Origin: an uncultured Acidobacteriota bacterium
GTDB lineage: Bacteria > Acidobacteriota > Vicinamibacteria > Vicinamibacterales > 2-12-FULL-66-21
Length of the DNA stretch: 64,000 bases
NCBI GenBank assembly: GCA_963797715.1
Contig: CAWCQS010000015.1
Location: 168,792-232,791, forward strand
Reading direction: 5' to 3'
Positions 1 to 10,041 of the stretch are shown here, piece by piece; within the stretch, counting starts at the first letter, position 1, and each line of letters starts with the position of its first letter. Both the position numbers and the translations under genes were made by a program. The notes below the pieces were generated by a model, which was not told the DNA's origin, searched no databases, and saw only the letters and a list, made by a program, of their open reading frames with translations.

Positions 1-2093
1 AGGGTGATGTAATCCGGTTCGGCCAGCGTGAGCCCCGGCACTTGCTCGCTCTTCCGCCACACCCGCTCGAGAAACGCTCCCGCATCGTCGGACACGGCGA
101 CGTCGCGCAGCGTCGAGAACCAGGCCGACTTGAGGCTCGGAGTCGGCGCGCTGGCGAGGCCTGCCTTGAGCGTCTGTTCGAGTCGCGGAGCCACGTGCTC
201 GCGTTCCGACGCTGAGAGGAAGTTCCAATAGGCCTGCCTGGCGTAGGCAAGGATGCGTTGCACGTTCTGCTCGTCGGTTTCGCGCGGAAGGGCGTCGAGC
301 GCCAGGGCGACGAAGCGGGCAGGGGGCGGCACCTTGTCGACGGTCGCCTCCCACAGCGTGATCCAGGCCGCCCCACGCGTCAGCGGGTCGGGTATCTCCG
401 GAAGGCTGGAGGTGAGGTAGCTCAGGCTGGCACTGTCGAGCTCGAACCTGGCATAGCCGACACCATTGCCCGAAGGCAGCACGAACGTCGGCGCGGCGAG
501 CCCGCGCGCTTCCGACACGTCGACGCTCGCGTCGCGCAGGCGCACGGAAATCGTGCGGAGCCCCTCGGGTAATCCAAGCGTCACGCGCAGCTGCTGATCC
601 CACACCAGCCCACGGCGCACCAGCGGATCGCGCTGATGGAACGCGAGCTTCGCAATTCGGCCGTCCTCGACGCGCAACTCCGTGGCAACGATCGGCCGCC
701 CCGCTTCTTCAACCCACGCGCGGCTCCAGCCGGCGAGATCGGTGGGCGTTCTGGCATCGAGCAGCGTAATCAAGTCGATCCATGTTGCGTTGGCGAAGCG
801 ATGCTGGCGCAGGTACTCCTGCAGTCCGTCCCGAAACGACGCTTCGCCGAGGATTGTCTCCAGCTGCCGCATGACGATCGGCGCCTTCTGATAGATGATT
901 GCGCCGTAGAGCGAGCCGGCTTCGTTGAGGTTGTCGAGACGCTGTCGAATGGCGTTCGTTCCAGGTGTGCGATCGACGTCGTAGGCGGCCGGGTAATGCG
1001 CCAGCAGGAACCGCAAGTCGTGATTGATCTCGGGAAACGTGGGATTGACGATCTTGGCCGCCATGAAATTGGCGAAGACTTCCTTCATCCACACGTCGTT
1101 GAACCACCGCATGGTCACGAGGTCGCCGAACCACATGTGTGCCGTCTCGTGTGCGATCAGGCTGGCCCGACCGAGCTTCTGGTTCTGCGTCGCCGATGGA
1201 TCGAGCAGCAGGCTGGCCGCGTTGTAGAAAATCGCTCCGGCGTGCTCCATGCCACCAAACTGAAACGACGGGATGAGCACGAAGTCGAATTTGCCCCACG
1301 GGTACGGGATCCCGGTGTACTGCTCGAGCCAGGCGAGGGCCGATGCGTGTAGATCGAAGACGGCCTCGCGGTTGCGCGCCACCTTGGCGGCGTCGGTCTC
1401 GCGGTGCAACATCCGGAACGTGCGGCCGCTACGTTCCGCGGTCTCGACCGAGAATCGTCCGGCGGCAAACGCGAAGAGATACGTTGACAGCGGTTCGGTC
1501 TCGGCAAAAGACAGCAGAGCCCGTCCATCTGCCTCCGTCCGCGACGTTTCGGCGCCGTTGGCCACCGCCTCCCAGCTGGCCGGCAACTCGAGATGGAGCG
1601 ACCAGCGCGCCTTCAGATCCGGCTGATCGAAGCAGGGAAACGTAAGGTGGGCCCGCGCCGGCACGAACAGCGTGTACAGAAACTCCGGATTTCGATTGAG
1701 GGCCGCGTCGCCGGCAACGAACTCAACCGTGATTTCGTTTCGGCCTTCTCGCAGCTGGTTCGCGGGAACGACAACGTGATCGGTCGTGGCCGACTCCGTG
1801 ACGTCCGCCGCGTTGGCGCGAACGCTGGCGGGTCGCGTCGGCGCCGCGAAGTCCAGCGACAGCGGCCGCGAGGCATCCTTGAGTGCGAACCCGATCCTCA
1901 CGCGTCCGGTGACCGGGCCTTGGTCTGCCGGAACTGAGAAATGCAGGTCGTAGCGAAGATCGCTGACGCGGGCCGCCCGTTCTTCGGCAAGCGTCAGCGG
2001 GATACCGGGCCCTGGCCCCTGAGGCGGTTGCATGGTGGACGCCGCGGCGGCGGCAATCGCGACAATCAACCGCGTGCCGAGTCCACGGATCAT
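1..2093 (-). CDS. M1-family zinc aminopeptidase (aminopeptidase N-like); C-terminal end lies beyond the window start
   Basis: This open-ended minus-strand frame is absent from the ORF track because it has no stop inside the window. ATG at 2093-2091. My translation gives a signal-like MIRGLGTRLIVAIAAAAAS, GGMEHAGAIFY (GxMEN-type motif) and LIAHETAHMWFGDLVTMRWFNDVWMKEVFANF (HExxH plus distal Glu) at about 1060-1260. The frame stays open to base 1. Confidence 0.85.
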   Translation of the reverse strand, partial: MIRGLGTRLIVAIAAAAASTMQPPQGPGPGIPLTLAEERAARVSDLRYDLHFSVPADQGPVTGRVRIGFALKDASRPLSLDFAAPTRPASVRANAADVTESATTDHVVVPANQLREGRNEITVEFVAGDAALNRNPEFLYTLFVPARAHLTFPCFDQPDLKARWSLHLELPASWEAVANGAETSRTEADGRALLSFAETEPLSTYLFAFAAGRFSVETAERSGRTFRMLHRETDAAKVARNREAVFDLHASALAWLEQYTGIPYPWGKFDFVLIPSFQFGGMEHAGAIFYNAASLLLDPSATQNQKLGRASLIAHETAHMWFGDLVTMRWFNDVWMKEVFANFMAAKIVNPTFPEINHDLRFLLAHYPAAYDVDRTPGTNAIRQRLDNLNEAGSLYGAIIYQKAPIVMRQLETILGEASFRDGLQEYLRQHRFANATWIDLITLLDARTPTDLAGWSRAWVEEAGRPIVATELRVEDGRIAKLAFHQRDPLVRRGLVWDQQLRVTLGLPEGLRTISVRLRDASVDVSEARGLAAPTFVLPSGNGVGYARFELDSASLSYLTSSLPEIPDPLTRGAAWITLWEATVDKVPPPARFVALALDALPRETDEQNVQRILAYARQAYWNFLSASEREHVAPRLEQTLKAGLASAPTPSLKSAWFSTLRDVAVSDDAGAFLERVWRKSEQVPGLTLAEPDYIT

Positions 2094-2105
2094 GCAGGCA
2101 TGATA

Positions 2106-3338
2106 TCAGGCGATCTTTCGCAGCCGGAGCGTTGTCAACGCTGCGATGACGACGAGGAAACACAGGCTGATGAATGAGAGCCGCATGAATTCGTGGTACA
2201 CCTTCCGGCCCACCAGATCGAACACGACGAAGGCGATCGTTGCGCCGGCGACGATCGTGATGAAGCGCAGCGGACGAGGCAGGAGATCGAGGTAGTTCGC
2301 GAGATAGACAATCGCCGGCGTGGCAATCAGGAAGACATAGTCCCAACCCTGCGGCGATAGCAGCGGCATCAACGTCAGGAGCAGGGCGCCCTCGACCCCC
2401 TCAGGAAACGCTACGCCCCGGCGGCGGAGGAAGACGAGCGCTGCCACGCCGAGAAGTACTAAGCCGGTGCCGTACGCGACGCGCGTCGAGAACTCGCCCG
2501 GACCGAACCAGCGGAAGAACATTCCGGCCAGCGATACGTTGTCCTGGATCGCCAGGTTGGGCGCGGTGGTTTCCGTTACTGTTCGCCACCACTCGCGATG
2601 GAGCGTCACGTTGCCGTCCCACCCGTAGAGTACCGCCGGCAGCACGAGGATGAGGGCGAAGCCAGCGCACGCCGAGACAATCGAGGGCAGCTGCCGCCGG
2701 GCGATCAGCCAGGGCATGAAGAGCAGGGCGTAAGGCTTGATCACGATCGCAAGGACGACGAGCGCTCCGGCTATGGCCTCACGCTTCGCTTTCATCGCCA
2801 GGAAGGCCGACGTGGCGACGACAGCGAACAGGATATTGACCTGGCCGAGCACGAGCTCGTGCGCGTAGAACTTCAAGAGAGTGATGACGGTCACGACGAC
2901 GAGCCAGCGCACAGATTTGCGGCGCTCGACAGGAAGCCTGACCGCCATCGACACGAGTGCCACGAGGAGAGCGACCGAGCTGAAAAACCAGACCATCTTG
3001 GCGGTCGCGAGCGGCAGGAGCCCCATCGGGATCGCCACCACGGCAAACGCCGGCAGGTACTTGAAGACGAAGTGCCCGTCGCTCTCGCGATAGAGCGGCT
3101 CGGCCTGGGCCGCCCGTGACGCCGCCTTCCACCAGACCTCGATATCCGTCATCTTCGGCGCCGCTTTGTAGACGAAGACCCAGATGGTCAGCGCTGCCAG
3201 GAGCGCCGTGAGCGCCACTTGACTTCGCGTCACGGTGCCGGAAATCACGCTGACATTCCCATTCAGTTGCGTTCGAGGCCGACGAGCGACCAGGCTTTGC
3301 CGCTCTGTCGAAAGTAGGCCATCAGCGGACGTGACCAC
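2106..3338 (-). CDS. Polytopic membrane glycosyltransferase, DUF2029/GT87-like
   Basis: 410-aa ORF with many hydrophobic helices and loops such as FKYLPAF and IKPYALLFMPW, resembling PimE/GT87-type lipid-linked-sugar transferases. The true start is probably an in-frame GTG at 3248 or 3233, because 3263-3338 overlaps the upstream gene. Confidence 0.6.
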   Translation of the reverse strand: MVTSADGLLSTERQSLVARRPRTQLNGNVSVISGTVTRSQVALTALLAALTIWVFVYKAAPKMTDIEVWWKAASRAAQAEPLYRESDGHFVFKYLPAFAVVAIPMGLLPLATAKMVWFFSSVALLVALVSMAVRLPVERRKSVRWLVVVTVITLLKFYAHELVLGQVNILFAVVATSAFLAMKAKREAIAGALVVLAIVIKPYALLFMPWLIARRQLPSIVSACAGFALILVLPAVLYGWDGNVTLHREWWRTVTETTAPNLAIQDNVSLAGMFFRWFGPGEFSTRVAYGTGLVLLGVAALVFLRRRGVAFPEGVEGALLLTLMPLLSPQGWDYVFLIATPAIVYLANYLDLLPRPLRFITIVAGATIAFVVFDLVGRKVYHEFMRLSFISLCFLVVIAALTTLRLRKIA

Positions 3339-4894
3339 GCAGGTTGGTCGCGGTGAAACGCGCGCACGAGCACGCCGACGTACTCAGGTCGCTCTGCCAG
3401 CAGCGCTGCAGGGGCCTGCGCAGCGAGGCCCGTCACCGTTTGCTCGCTTCCAACGTTCTTGTGCGAGCTCGAGGCGTTGTCGAAGATTGACCACTGAACG
3501 CTGTACCGTTCGGCCTCTGCACCCACACCAGCTTTCTGCGCCGCATTCTCGAAGGTTAGTTCGCCGGACGGGCTGAGCGCCAGATTGACAAGCGGATTGG
3601 TGGCGTTCAACCAACTCTTGAGCACTCTCGATTTGCGGGCGAGCAGCGTGTCCGTCAGGTAAGCCGTGGCTTTGTGATCGCTGTACTGGGCCGTTCCGAC
3701 GACGGCCCTGACACCATCATCGGAGAGGCCGGCGAGAATGCGGGCCGCCCAGAACAGATCGTCAGGCCGCGCGTTGGTGAACGCGGGGTTCGGATATTCC
3801 GGTTTCCACTCTTCGGGCCTGAAGTATGTGGATTCGATCCGCCCGAGCGACGGGATGTCGGGATAGTCCACCTTGATCCACGGCCGCACGTAGAAGCCGA
3901 GCGTGAGCATCGTGATGAGCGTCGGTCGCGAGTCCCACACGAACTCGTTCCCGGCGCGGCGGCTCTGCGCCTTGGTCGTGCCGCTGCCGAGCGTCGAGCC
4001 GAAGTCCAGGAGATGATGCCGGACGATGGAGCGATTACCCCCGACGCTGACGACGGTGTCGAGGCTGTTGATGCTGCGTGAGTCGTCGTGGTTCAGCCAC
4101 GCGCAGAATGCGAGTAGCCCTCGAAGCTCGCGCCGGTGCTCGTGCGCGAAGATGTCGTTTGGGTCGTCGGGTCGCGTGCCATCGTAGCGGAACGGCCCGA
4201 CCGGCCTGCCTTCGAGCGCCTTGCTGGCCAGGACGCGATAGCTGCCGTCATTCCGCCGCGCCCCTCGTTTGAGCAGCGCGTCCAGATCGCGATCGTCCAT
4301 CTGGCGACGCCGGCCGTTGTCGTCTTCGATGAGTGTGCCTTCGCCGATGACGAGCGACTCGCGCCGGACGATCGCGAGGTAGTTCTCGGGCACGTGGTAG
4401 CCGAACGCGTGAAAGAACTTCGTCGAGATGATTTCAGCGCCGCTCGCCATTTCCGGGTTCGACGGCGGATCGAACTTGATGAAGTAACGCTGGCCGGCCG
4501 CGTCACGAACCGTGAATCCCGGTGCGGCACCTTCCATCTTTCCAGAGATGATTGTGAGCGTCCCCGTTGGGCCGGTGCCAGTATCGGGCCCTTTGACCAG
4601 CTGATCGGTCGACCAGCTATTGCTCGCGCGATTGGTGAACCAGCTCGAGTCTGGGACCTCGTCGACCGTGTTGATGTTGACGGCACGGCGGTCGGCCCGT
4701 TCGCCGGCACCGAGAAATGAGTTCTCCGCGAAGTCGTAGATCTCGCTGAGCTCGGCTGTTCGAACGCCGCTGGCGTCCTCGATCTCGGGGTCGCGCGTGA
4801 GCGGATCGTCGCGGAAGAACTTGGGTTCGATCCCCGTGACGCCCGACGACAGGACTGCCACTGCGACCGCCGCGACGAGCCATCGGTTGCGCAT
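3263..4894 (-). CDS. Exported hypothetical protein with a kinase-like HxDxxxxN...DFG motif pair
   Basis: The track ORF 3263..5377 is trimmed to the internal ATG at 4894, 8 nt after the stop of the upstream gene. The N-terminus MRNRWLVAAVAVAVLSSG is signal-like. WLNHDDSRSINSLD is followed about 20 aa later by HHLLDFGSTLGS. The upstream 161 codons overlap the Omp85 gene and look non-coding. Confidence 0.6.
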   Translation of the reverse strand: MRNRWLVAAVAVAVLSSGVTGIEPKFFRDDPLTRDPEIEDASGVRTAELSEIYDFAENSFLGAGERADRRAVNINTVDEVPDSSWFTNRASNSWSTDQLVKGPDTGTGPTGTLTIISGKMEGAAPGFTVRDAAGQRYFIKFDPPSNPEMASGAEIISTKFFHAFGYHVPENYLAIVRRESLVIGEGTLIEDDNGRRRQMDDRDLDALLKRGARRNDGSYRVLASKALEGRPVGPFRYDGTRPDDPNDIFAHEHRRELRGLLAFCAWLNHDDSRSINSLDTVVSVGGNRSIVRHHLLDFGSTLGSGTTKAQSRRAGNEFVWDSRPTLITMLTLGFYVRPWIKVDYPDIPSLGRIESTYFRPEEWKPEYPNPAFTNARPDDLFWAARILAGLSDDGVRAVVGTAQYSDHKATAYLTDTLLARKSRVLKSWLNATNPLVNLALSPSGELTFENAAQKAGVGAEAERYSVQWSIFDNASSSHKNVGSEQTVTGLAAQAPAALLAERPEYVGVLVRAFHRDQPAWSRPLMAYFRQSGKAWSLVGLERN

Positions 4895-4902
4895 ATCCGG
4901 CA

Positions 4903-6138
4903 CTAGAACGCCTTGCTGAACTTGAAGAACGCCTGGACGCCTTCGCCGCCGAATCCGATATCGATGCGGTACAACACCGACTTGTAGGTATTGAAACGAA
5001 AGCCGATGCCGTAGGCGTTCTGAACTTCGGAAAGCTTCAACTGCTCGATGTTCGACGCGACGGTTCCCCAGTCCGAGAAGAGCGCCATGTCGAGTCCGGA
5101 GAACACCTCCCATCGATACTCGACGTTGACGTTCACGACCGCATCGTCGCGGAATCGGAAGTCGTTGAAGCCGCGGTGGCTGGTGCTGCCGCCGAGCGTG
5201 GGCTGGAAATAAAAAGGGACGATCTGGCCAGCGCCTTCGTCGGTTGCCGCCGATTGCAGTCGTCCCTGCACCGCGAAGACTCGTTTCTTGTCGAAGATGG
5301 GCACGAACTGCTGGAGGAGGAGATCGACAGCACGGAAGCTGTAGCGATTGAAGTCGAGGTCGGAATACTCGCGCCACGTCAGCGAATAGAGTCCACCGGC
5401 GCGGGCGTTGTCGTCCTCGTCACGGTAGTCGACCGTGGCAAAGAACTCGCCAAAGCCGAAGTCTGGCTGCTCGGACAGTCCGGGCGCCGTCGCATCGGTG
5501 AAGAGATCCTGGATCGAAGGAAAGCGTTTGTCCGTGCCACGACCGACTGACCCTACGAGCCACCCGAAGCGCGTGCCGGCTTCGAGCCACGATACCGGGC
5601 GCACGATAGCGCGTCCCTCGTAATCGGTGTAGTCGACGAGATAGCTGACCCGATCGTCTTTCGACGAGTCGATGCCAACGCCCCAGAAGTCTTCCTGCGG
5701 ATTGTGTCGATAGACGGCGTGCACGCCGAGTTCGAGGCGATTCTCCACGAGGTAGGGCAGCGAGAAGTCCGCCTGCAGCATCTGGTAGTTGCGCGTCGAG
5801 ATGCCGCCGCCGAGGATTGCTCGCGCGTTGCGATTGAAGAGATCGTGACGCCAGCCGCCGCCGATGCCGAGGCCGGCGCCAACCGGCTTCCAGCGGAAGC
5901 CGTACTGCAGATAGAAGCCATCGTGCGGCGCGAGCTTGCGGGTGGGCTCGGCGTCCTCGAACCACAACAGCGCACGCTCGAGCTTGCCGGCCTCGTAGGG
6001 CTTGAGTGACCGCGCCTTCTCGGCGCGTTGCGCGGCCAGCGTGCCCTCGCGGGTGTCTATTTCCTGGGCGAGGGACGCTTGCGGTTGGAACCCAAGCCCG
6101 AACGCAATCACAACGGCTGCCGCCGTTTGACGCCACAT
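4903..6138 (-). CDS. Omp85/BamA-family (bacterial surface antigen) outer-membrane beta-barrel protein
   Basis: 411 aa with signal peptide MWRQTAAAVVIAFGLGFQPQASLAQE. The sequence has alternating beta-strand character and the C-terminal OMP signature ...GVQAFFKFSKAF (terminal Phe). Confidence 0.7.
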   Translation of the reverse strand: MWRQTAAAVVIAFGLGFQPQASLAQEIDTREGTLAAQRAEKARSLKPYEAGKLERALLWFEDAEPTRKLAPHDGFYLQYGFRWKPVGAGLGIGGGWRHDLFNRNARAILGGGISTRNYQMLQADFSLPYLVENRLELGVHAVYRHNPQEDFWGVGIDSSKDDRVSYLVDYTDYEGRAIVRPVSWLEAGTRFGWLVGSVGRGTDKRFPSIQDLFTDATAPGLSEQPDFGFGEFFATVDYRDEDDNARAGGLYSLTWREYSDLDFNRYSFRAVDLLLQQFVPIFDKKRVFAVQGRLQSAATDEGAGQIVPFYFQPTLGGSTSHRGFNDFRFRDDAVVNVNVEYRWEVFSGLDMALFSDWGTVASNIEQLKLSEVQNAYGIGFRFNTYKSVLYRIDIGFGGEGVQAFFKFSKAF

Positions 6139-6213
6139 AGACCACGAACGATATCAGCTTCGGGGCGCCAGCTTCCAGCCGTCGGCCTCGCTTTGTGCGT
6201 GGTCTACGTCGAG

Positions 6214-8643
6214 CTACTCGACTCTGAGCGCGGCGAGCGGATCCATTCGCGTCGCGCGCCGGGCAGGAATGAGACACGCGGTCAGCATCACTGTTGTCAG
6301 GAGTAGCGTGATGCCGACGAACGTCACCGGGTCGAGCGCCGGTATCTGTGCAACCAGCGACTTGAGGATTTGACTGACGCCCCACGCGGCCGCGAGGCCG
6401 ATGGCAAGACCGAGGCTCAGCTGGATGAGCCCCGTCCGCAGAATCAACCAGGAGATCTGCGACCCTTGTGCGCCAAGCGCCAGCCGCAGTCCGAGCTCCG
6501 CTGTCCGTTGAGACACCGAGTACGACGTGATCGCGTAGATACCGACCGAGGAGAGGACGAGCGCGATGACGGCAAAGATCACGAACAGCGATCCGAAGAC
6601 GCGATACGGCCAGCGCGCCTCGGCGATCACGTCGTCGAGTGGCTGGACGGCGAAGAGCGGCTGATCGGGATCGAGCGCCCGCGCGGCTTCGCGCACGGCG
6701 CCGATCATCGACGCCGGATCGGCAGTCGTGCGCAGCAGCATCGAGGCAACTGTCGACGTGCTCATGCGCGTGGGTCGATAGATTACCGCCGCCGGTTCGA
6801 GTGCCTGCAGGTCGCCTTGCCGGATCGTCGGACTCACGCCGACCACGGTCAGCCACGGTCCGGGCTCGTCTTCCTTCGGTCCCTGCATGACGCGGATTCG
6901 CTTGCCCAGCGGGTCTTCATTCGGCAGAAACTGCGATGCGAAGCGCTGATTGAGGACGACGACCTCGCCGCCAGGCGCGCCGTCGGCGTCGGTGAACGCG
7001 CGCCCGCGCTGCAGCCCGACGCCCAGGGTCTCGAAGTATCCGGGTCCCGCGTCGATGACCGTCACCCGCGGCCGGTTGGTTTCCGCGGCGACAGTCCGGC
7101 CTTCGATCTCGAACTTGAACTCGCCGGCGCCGCTCAAGGGAAACGTTGACGCCCGCGCCGCGCCGGTGACGCCTGGCAGCGCGCGCATGCGGGCCTCCAG
7201 CGTGTTCAGGAAGATCTGACGCTGCTCGACCTTCGGATACTTGCTCTCGACGAGCTGCGTGCGGAACGTCAGCAGATGACTGGTCTCCACGCCGAGGTCG
7301 AGCGAATACAGCTTGAGGAAGCTCCGGGCCATCAGGCCGGCGCCGGTGAGCAGGGCGAGCGTCAGCGCGAGCTCGAACACGACGAGACTGGATGTCAGCC
7401 AGCGCGCGCGGGCGCCGCCGGACTGGCCGCGGCCGCCTTCCTTCATCAGATCGTTGAGGTTCGTCTTGGACACCTGCAGCGCCGGCGCCAGGCCGAAGAC
7501 GATGCCCGTGGCGAGACAGATCGTCGCGAAGTATCCGAACACCGACCAGTCGAGCTCGAACACGATCCAATAGGGTTTGCCGACGTTGGAGACCGCCGCG
7601 TCGAACAGCCGCACGCCGATGGCGGTCAGGCCCAGGCCCAGCAGCCCACCCAGGCAGGCGAGCATGACGCTCTCGATCAGCAGCTGCCGGACGATGCGGC
7701 CGCGACTGGCGCCGAGCGCCGTGCGCACCGCGATCTCGCGCGTCCGATATGCCGACCGTGCGAGCAGGAGGTTGGCGACGTTCGCGCAGGCGATCAACAG
7801 CACGAAGCCGACCGCTCCGAGCAGGGACAGGAAGACCAGGCGAATCGGCCCGCCGTTGAAGCGCTCGTTGAACGTCATCAATCGCGACTCGATGTTCTTG
7901 TTGGTCTCGGGATACGTCGACTGCAGCTGTCGCGAGATGGCCAGCATCTCGGCATCGGCCTGGGCCCACGTGATGCCAGGTGCCAGCCGGCCGAACACAC
8001 CGTGAGTCCGGTTGCGCACGATGTCGCCTGTCACCGGCAGGAGCGGCCGCCACAAGTCGGCGTTGGTTGGAAACCGCATGCCTTCCGGCATCACGCCGAC
8101 GATCGTGTGGGCGACCTCATTGACCTTGAGCGAGCGGCCGATGACGCCGGGGTCGCTTCCGTAGCGATTCTTCCAGACGCTGTGGCCGATCAGGACCACC
8201 GGCGCCGCGCCGGCGGCATCCTCCCCAGGTGCGAAATCGCGTCCCAGAAACGGCTGTTGGCCGAGGAGCCCGAAGGTGTTGGCCGTGACCGACGCCGCGC
8301 TGACGCGCTCGGCCGGGTGATCGGGGTCGCTGACGTTCAACTGCGCGAAGCGGAAGGCGGCCAGCCCGGAGAAGGAGCGCGCCTTCGCTCGCCAGTCGTC
8401 GAACTCCTGCCAGGACGCCGTCGATCGGTCGTCTTTGTCCCTGGTCGTGTCGTGCGTCGCCAGGTAGACGATCTCTTCCGAATGCGGGAACGGAAGGCCG
8501 CGGATAAGAACCGCGTTCACAAAGGTGAACACGGTCGTATTGACGCCGATACCGAGCCCGAGCGCCGTCGCCGCAACAACCGTGAACCAGGGGTCCTTGA
8601 CCAGCATGCGGGCGGCAAAGCGGAGGTCCTGGAAGATGGTCAT
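6214..8643 (-). CDS. ADOP-family duplicated ABC permease (MacB/FtsX-like)
   Basis: 809 aa. The N-terminus MTIFQDLRFAARMLVKDPWFTVVAATALGLGIGVNTTVFTFVNAVL is typical of Acidobacterial duplicated orphan permeases. There are two FtsX-like 4-TM modules, each preceded by a large periplasmic domain. Confidence 0.9.
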   Translation of the reverse strand: MTIFQDLRFAARMLVKDPWFTVVAATALGLGIGVNTTVFTFVNAVLIRGLPFPHSEEIVYLATHDTTRDKDDRSTASWQEFDDWRAKARSFSGLAAFRFAQLNVSDPDHPAERVSAASVTANTFGLLGQQPFLGRDFAPGEDAAGAAPVVLIGHSVWKNRYGSDPGVIGRSLKVNEVAHTIVGVMPEGMRFPTNADLWRPLLPVTGDIVRNRTHGVFGRLAPGITWAQADAEMLAISRQLQSTYPETNKNIESRLMTFNERFNGGPIRLVFLSLLGAVGFVLLIACANVANLLLARSAYRTREIAVRTALGASRGRIVRQLLIESVMLACLGGLLGLGLTAIGVRLFDAAVSNVGKPYWIVFELDWSVFGYFATICLATGIVFGLAPALQVSKTNLNDLMKEGGRGQSGGARARWLTSSLVVFELALTLALLTGAGLMARSFLKLYSLDLGVETSHLLTFRTQLVESKYPKVEQRQIFLNTLEARMRALPGVTGAARASTFPLSGAGEFKFEIEGRTVAAETNRPRVTVIDAGPGYFETLGVGLQRGRAFTDADGAPGGEVVVLNQRFASQFLPNEDPLGKRIRVMQGPKEDEPGPWLTVVGVSPTIRQGDLQALEPAAVIYRPTRMSTSTVASMLLRTTADPASMIGAVREAARALDPDQPLFAVQPLDDVIAEARWPYRVFGSLFVIFAVIALVLSSVGIYAITSYSVSQRTAELGLRLALGAQGSQISWLILRTGLIQLSLGLAIGLAAAWGVSQILKSLVAQIPALDPVTFVGITLLLTTVMLTACLIPARRATRMDPLAALRVE

Positions 8644-8718
8644 GGGATCGGAGTGCTATACGAGCTGGGCAATGCCGGGGTTCGGCGGCTGGCTGCCAAA
8701 CCCTGTGTTACATTCGAC

Positions 8719-9474
8719 GTGTTGTCCTGGCCGCTGCTTCCCCCTTCCTACGAGCGTCGCCACGGTCATGCCGAGCGAATAGAGCTGGCAGGCGATCGAC
8801 GCATCCGGGAACGGAACAAAATCAATTACCGGCTGGCCCACTGGCCGATCTGGATCTGGGTATTTTTCATCGCCCCGGGTCCGCTCACCTTCGATCTGTT
8901 CGCGCACGGCTTCGATACGCGGATGGCGTTGTGGCTGACGGTTGTGCTCGTGGCCACCGGCATCGCCGGACTCCGCGGGAGCCTGCCGGGCGTCGAGCCA
9001 AGGCCGTACATCATCCGCTTCACTGAGGACCGTCCCAACCCGATTTACCGTCGCGTCTGTTACACCGTCGCCTGGAGCGAGGTGATCGCGTTTGCGATCC
9101 TCAATATCTCGGGACTGGTGATCGCGATCACCACCGGCACGTGGCGGCTGCGGCAACTCTACGACGCCTGGTATTTCCCGATCGTTGGCGCGATCTGGGT
9201 CCTCGGAGCGTTCGGTCTTCTGCCACGCGTCAGGCCGTCGACACAGGGCGAGGGGCACGAGCGCCGCTATTTCTACGGCTCGGTCTGGGCGGTGGCGATC
9301 GCTCAGCCGATCGTCGGCGTGCTGTGGAAAATCCTGCCGCAGACCCGGCCCGCAGACATCATCAAGCTCGTCGTTTTTATTGCGATCCTTGCCTACGTCG
9401 GCAACCTCGCGCGACGCGGCCTCCTGCCGCGGACGAGGCCGATCGTGCCGGGCGAGCTGGCCGTGTCGGACTAA
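8719..9474 (+). CDS. Hypothetical integral membrane protein
   Basis: Only the 3-prime third of track ORF 7276..9474 looks coding: hydrophobic helices WPIWIWVFFIAPGPLTF, LWLTVVLVATGIAGL and IIKLVVFIAILAYVG. The rest is antisense to the ADOP permease. The start is assigned to the in-frame GTG at 8719 (TTG at 8722 is also possible). I recognise no family. Confidence 0.5.
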   Translation: MLSWPLLPPSYERRHGHAERIELAGDRRIRERNKINYRLAHWPIWIWVFFIAPGPLTFDLFAHGFDTRMALWLTVVLVATGIAGLRGSLPGVEPRPYIIRFTEDRPNPIYRRVCYTVAWSEVIAFAILNISGLVIAITTGTWRLRQLYDAWYFPIVGAIWVLGAFGLLPRVRPSTQGEGHERRYFYGSVWAVAIAQPIVGVLWKILPQTRPADIIKLVVFIAILAYVGNLARRGLLPRTRPIVPGELAVSD

Positions 9475-9567
9475 TACCGCTGATCTTCTGACTGATGAGT
9501 TGACGGGTTCGCCACGAGGAACTCGAAGCTCCGCAGATCGCGCCGGCCCGCGTTGTAGGATCGACAG

Positions 9568-10041
9568 ATGACTGAGGTCGACGATCGCGGCGTCATTGTC
9601 AGTTGCCCCTCGTGCCAGCAGCGTAACCGTGTGCCGTACGCTCACACGTCGGCGCAGGCAACCAAGTGCAAAAAGTGCGGGACGCCTCTGCCCGCGCCGA
9701 GCGAGCCAGTCGAAGTCCCGACTGCGCAGGTGTTCGACGCACTGGTCTCTTCATCGTCACTTCCCGTTGTCGTCGACTTCTGGGCGCCGTGGTGCGGTCC
9801 GTGCAAGATGGTCGCGCCGGAGCTCGCGCGCGTTGCCGCGAACAATGCCGGGCGTTATCTCGTCGTGAAAGTGAATACTGACGCCGTCCCCGAGCTCGGC
9901 GATCGCTTCGCCATCCGCTCGATTCCGACGATGGCGGTGTTCGATGGCGGACGCGAGCGCGCGCGGACGTCCGGCGCGCGGCCGGCGGCGGCGATCGAGC
10001 AGTTCGTGGCCCAAGCGGTGGGGAATGGGGTCAGGCCGTGA
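9568..10041 (+). CDS. trxC: Thioredoxin, Trx2-type with N-terminal zinc-finger
   Basis: CPSCQQ...CKKCG zinc-ribbon followed by the WAPWCGPCK active site. 157 aa. Confidence 0.9.
   Translation: MTEVDDRGVIVSCPSCQQRNRVPYAHTSAQATKCKKCGTPLPAPSEPVEVPTAQVFDALVSSSSLPVVVDFWAPWCGPCKMVAPELARVAANNAGRYLVVKVNTDAVPELGDRFAIRSIPTMAVFDGGRERARTSGARPAAAIEQFVAQAVGNGVRP

Noticed and set aside
4895-5377. The N-terminal 161 codons of track ORF 3263..5377.
   Set aside because: This part overlaps the 3-prime end of the Omp85-family gene in another frame and reads as Arg-rich nonsense. A signal peptide begins at the internal ATG at 4894, right after the Omp85 stop.
7276-8718. The 5-prime two-thirds of the 732-aa plus-strand ORF 7276..9474.
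   Set aside because: It lies exactly antisense to the well-supported ADOP permease and has Arg/Gly/Asp/Glu-rich low-information sequence typical of high-GC shadow frames. Only the hydrophobic 3-prime part after the permease gene (from about 8719) was kept.
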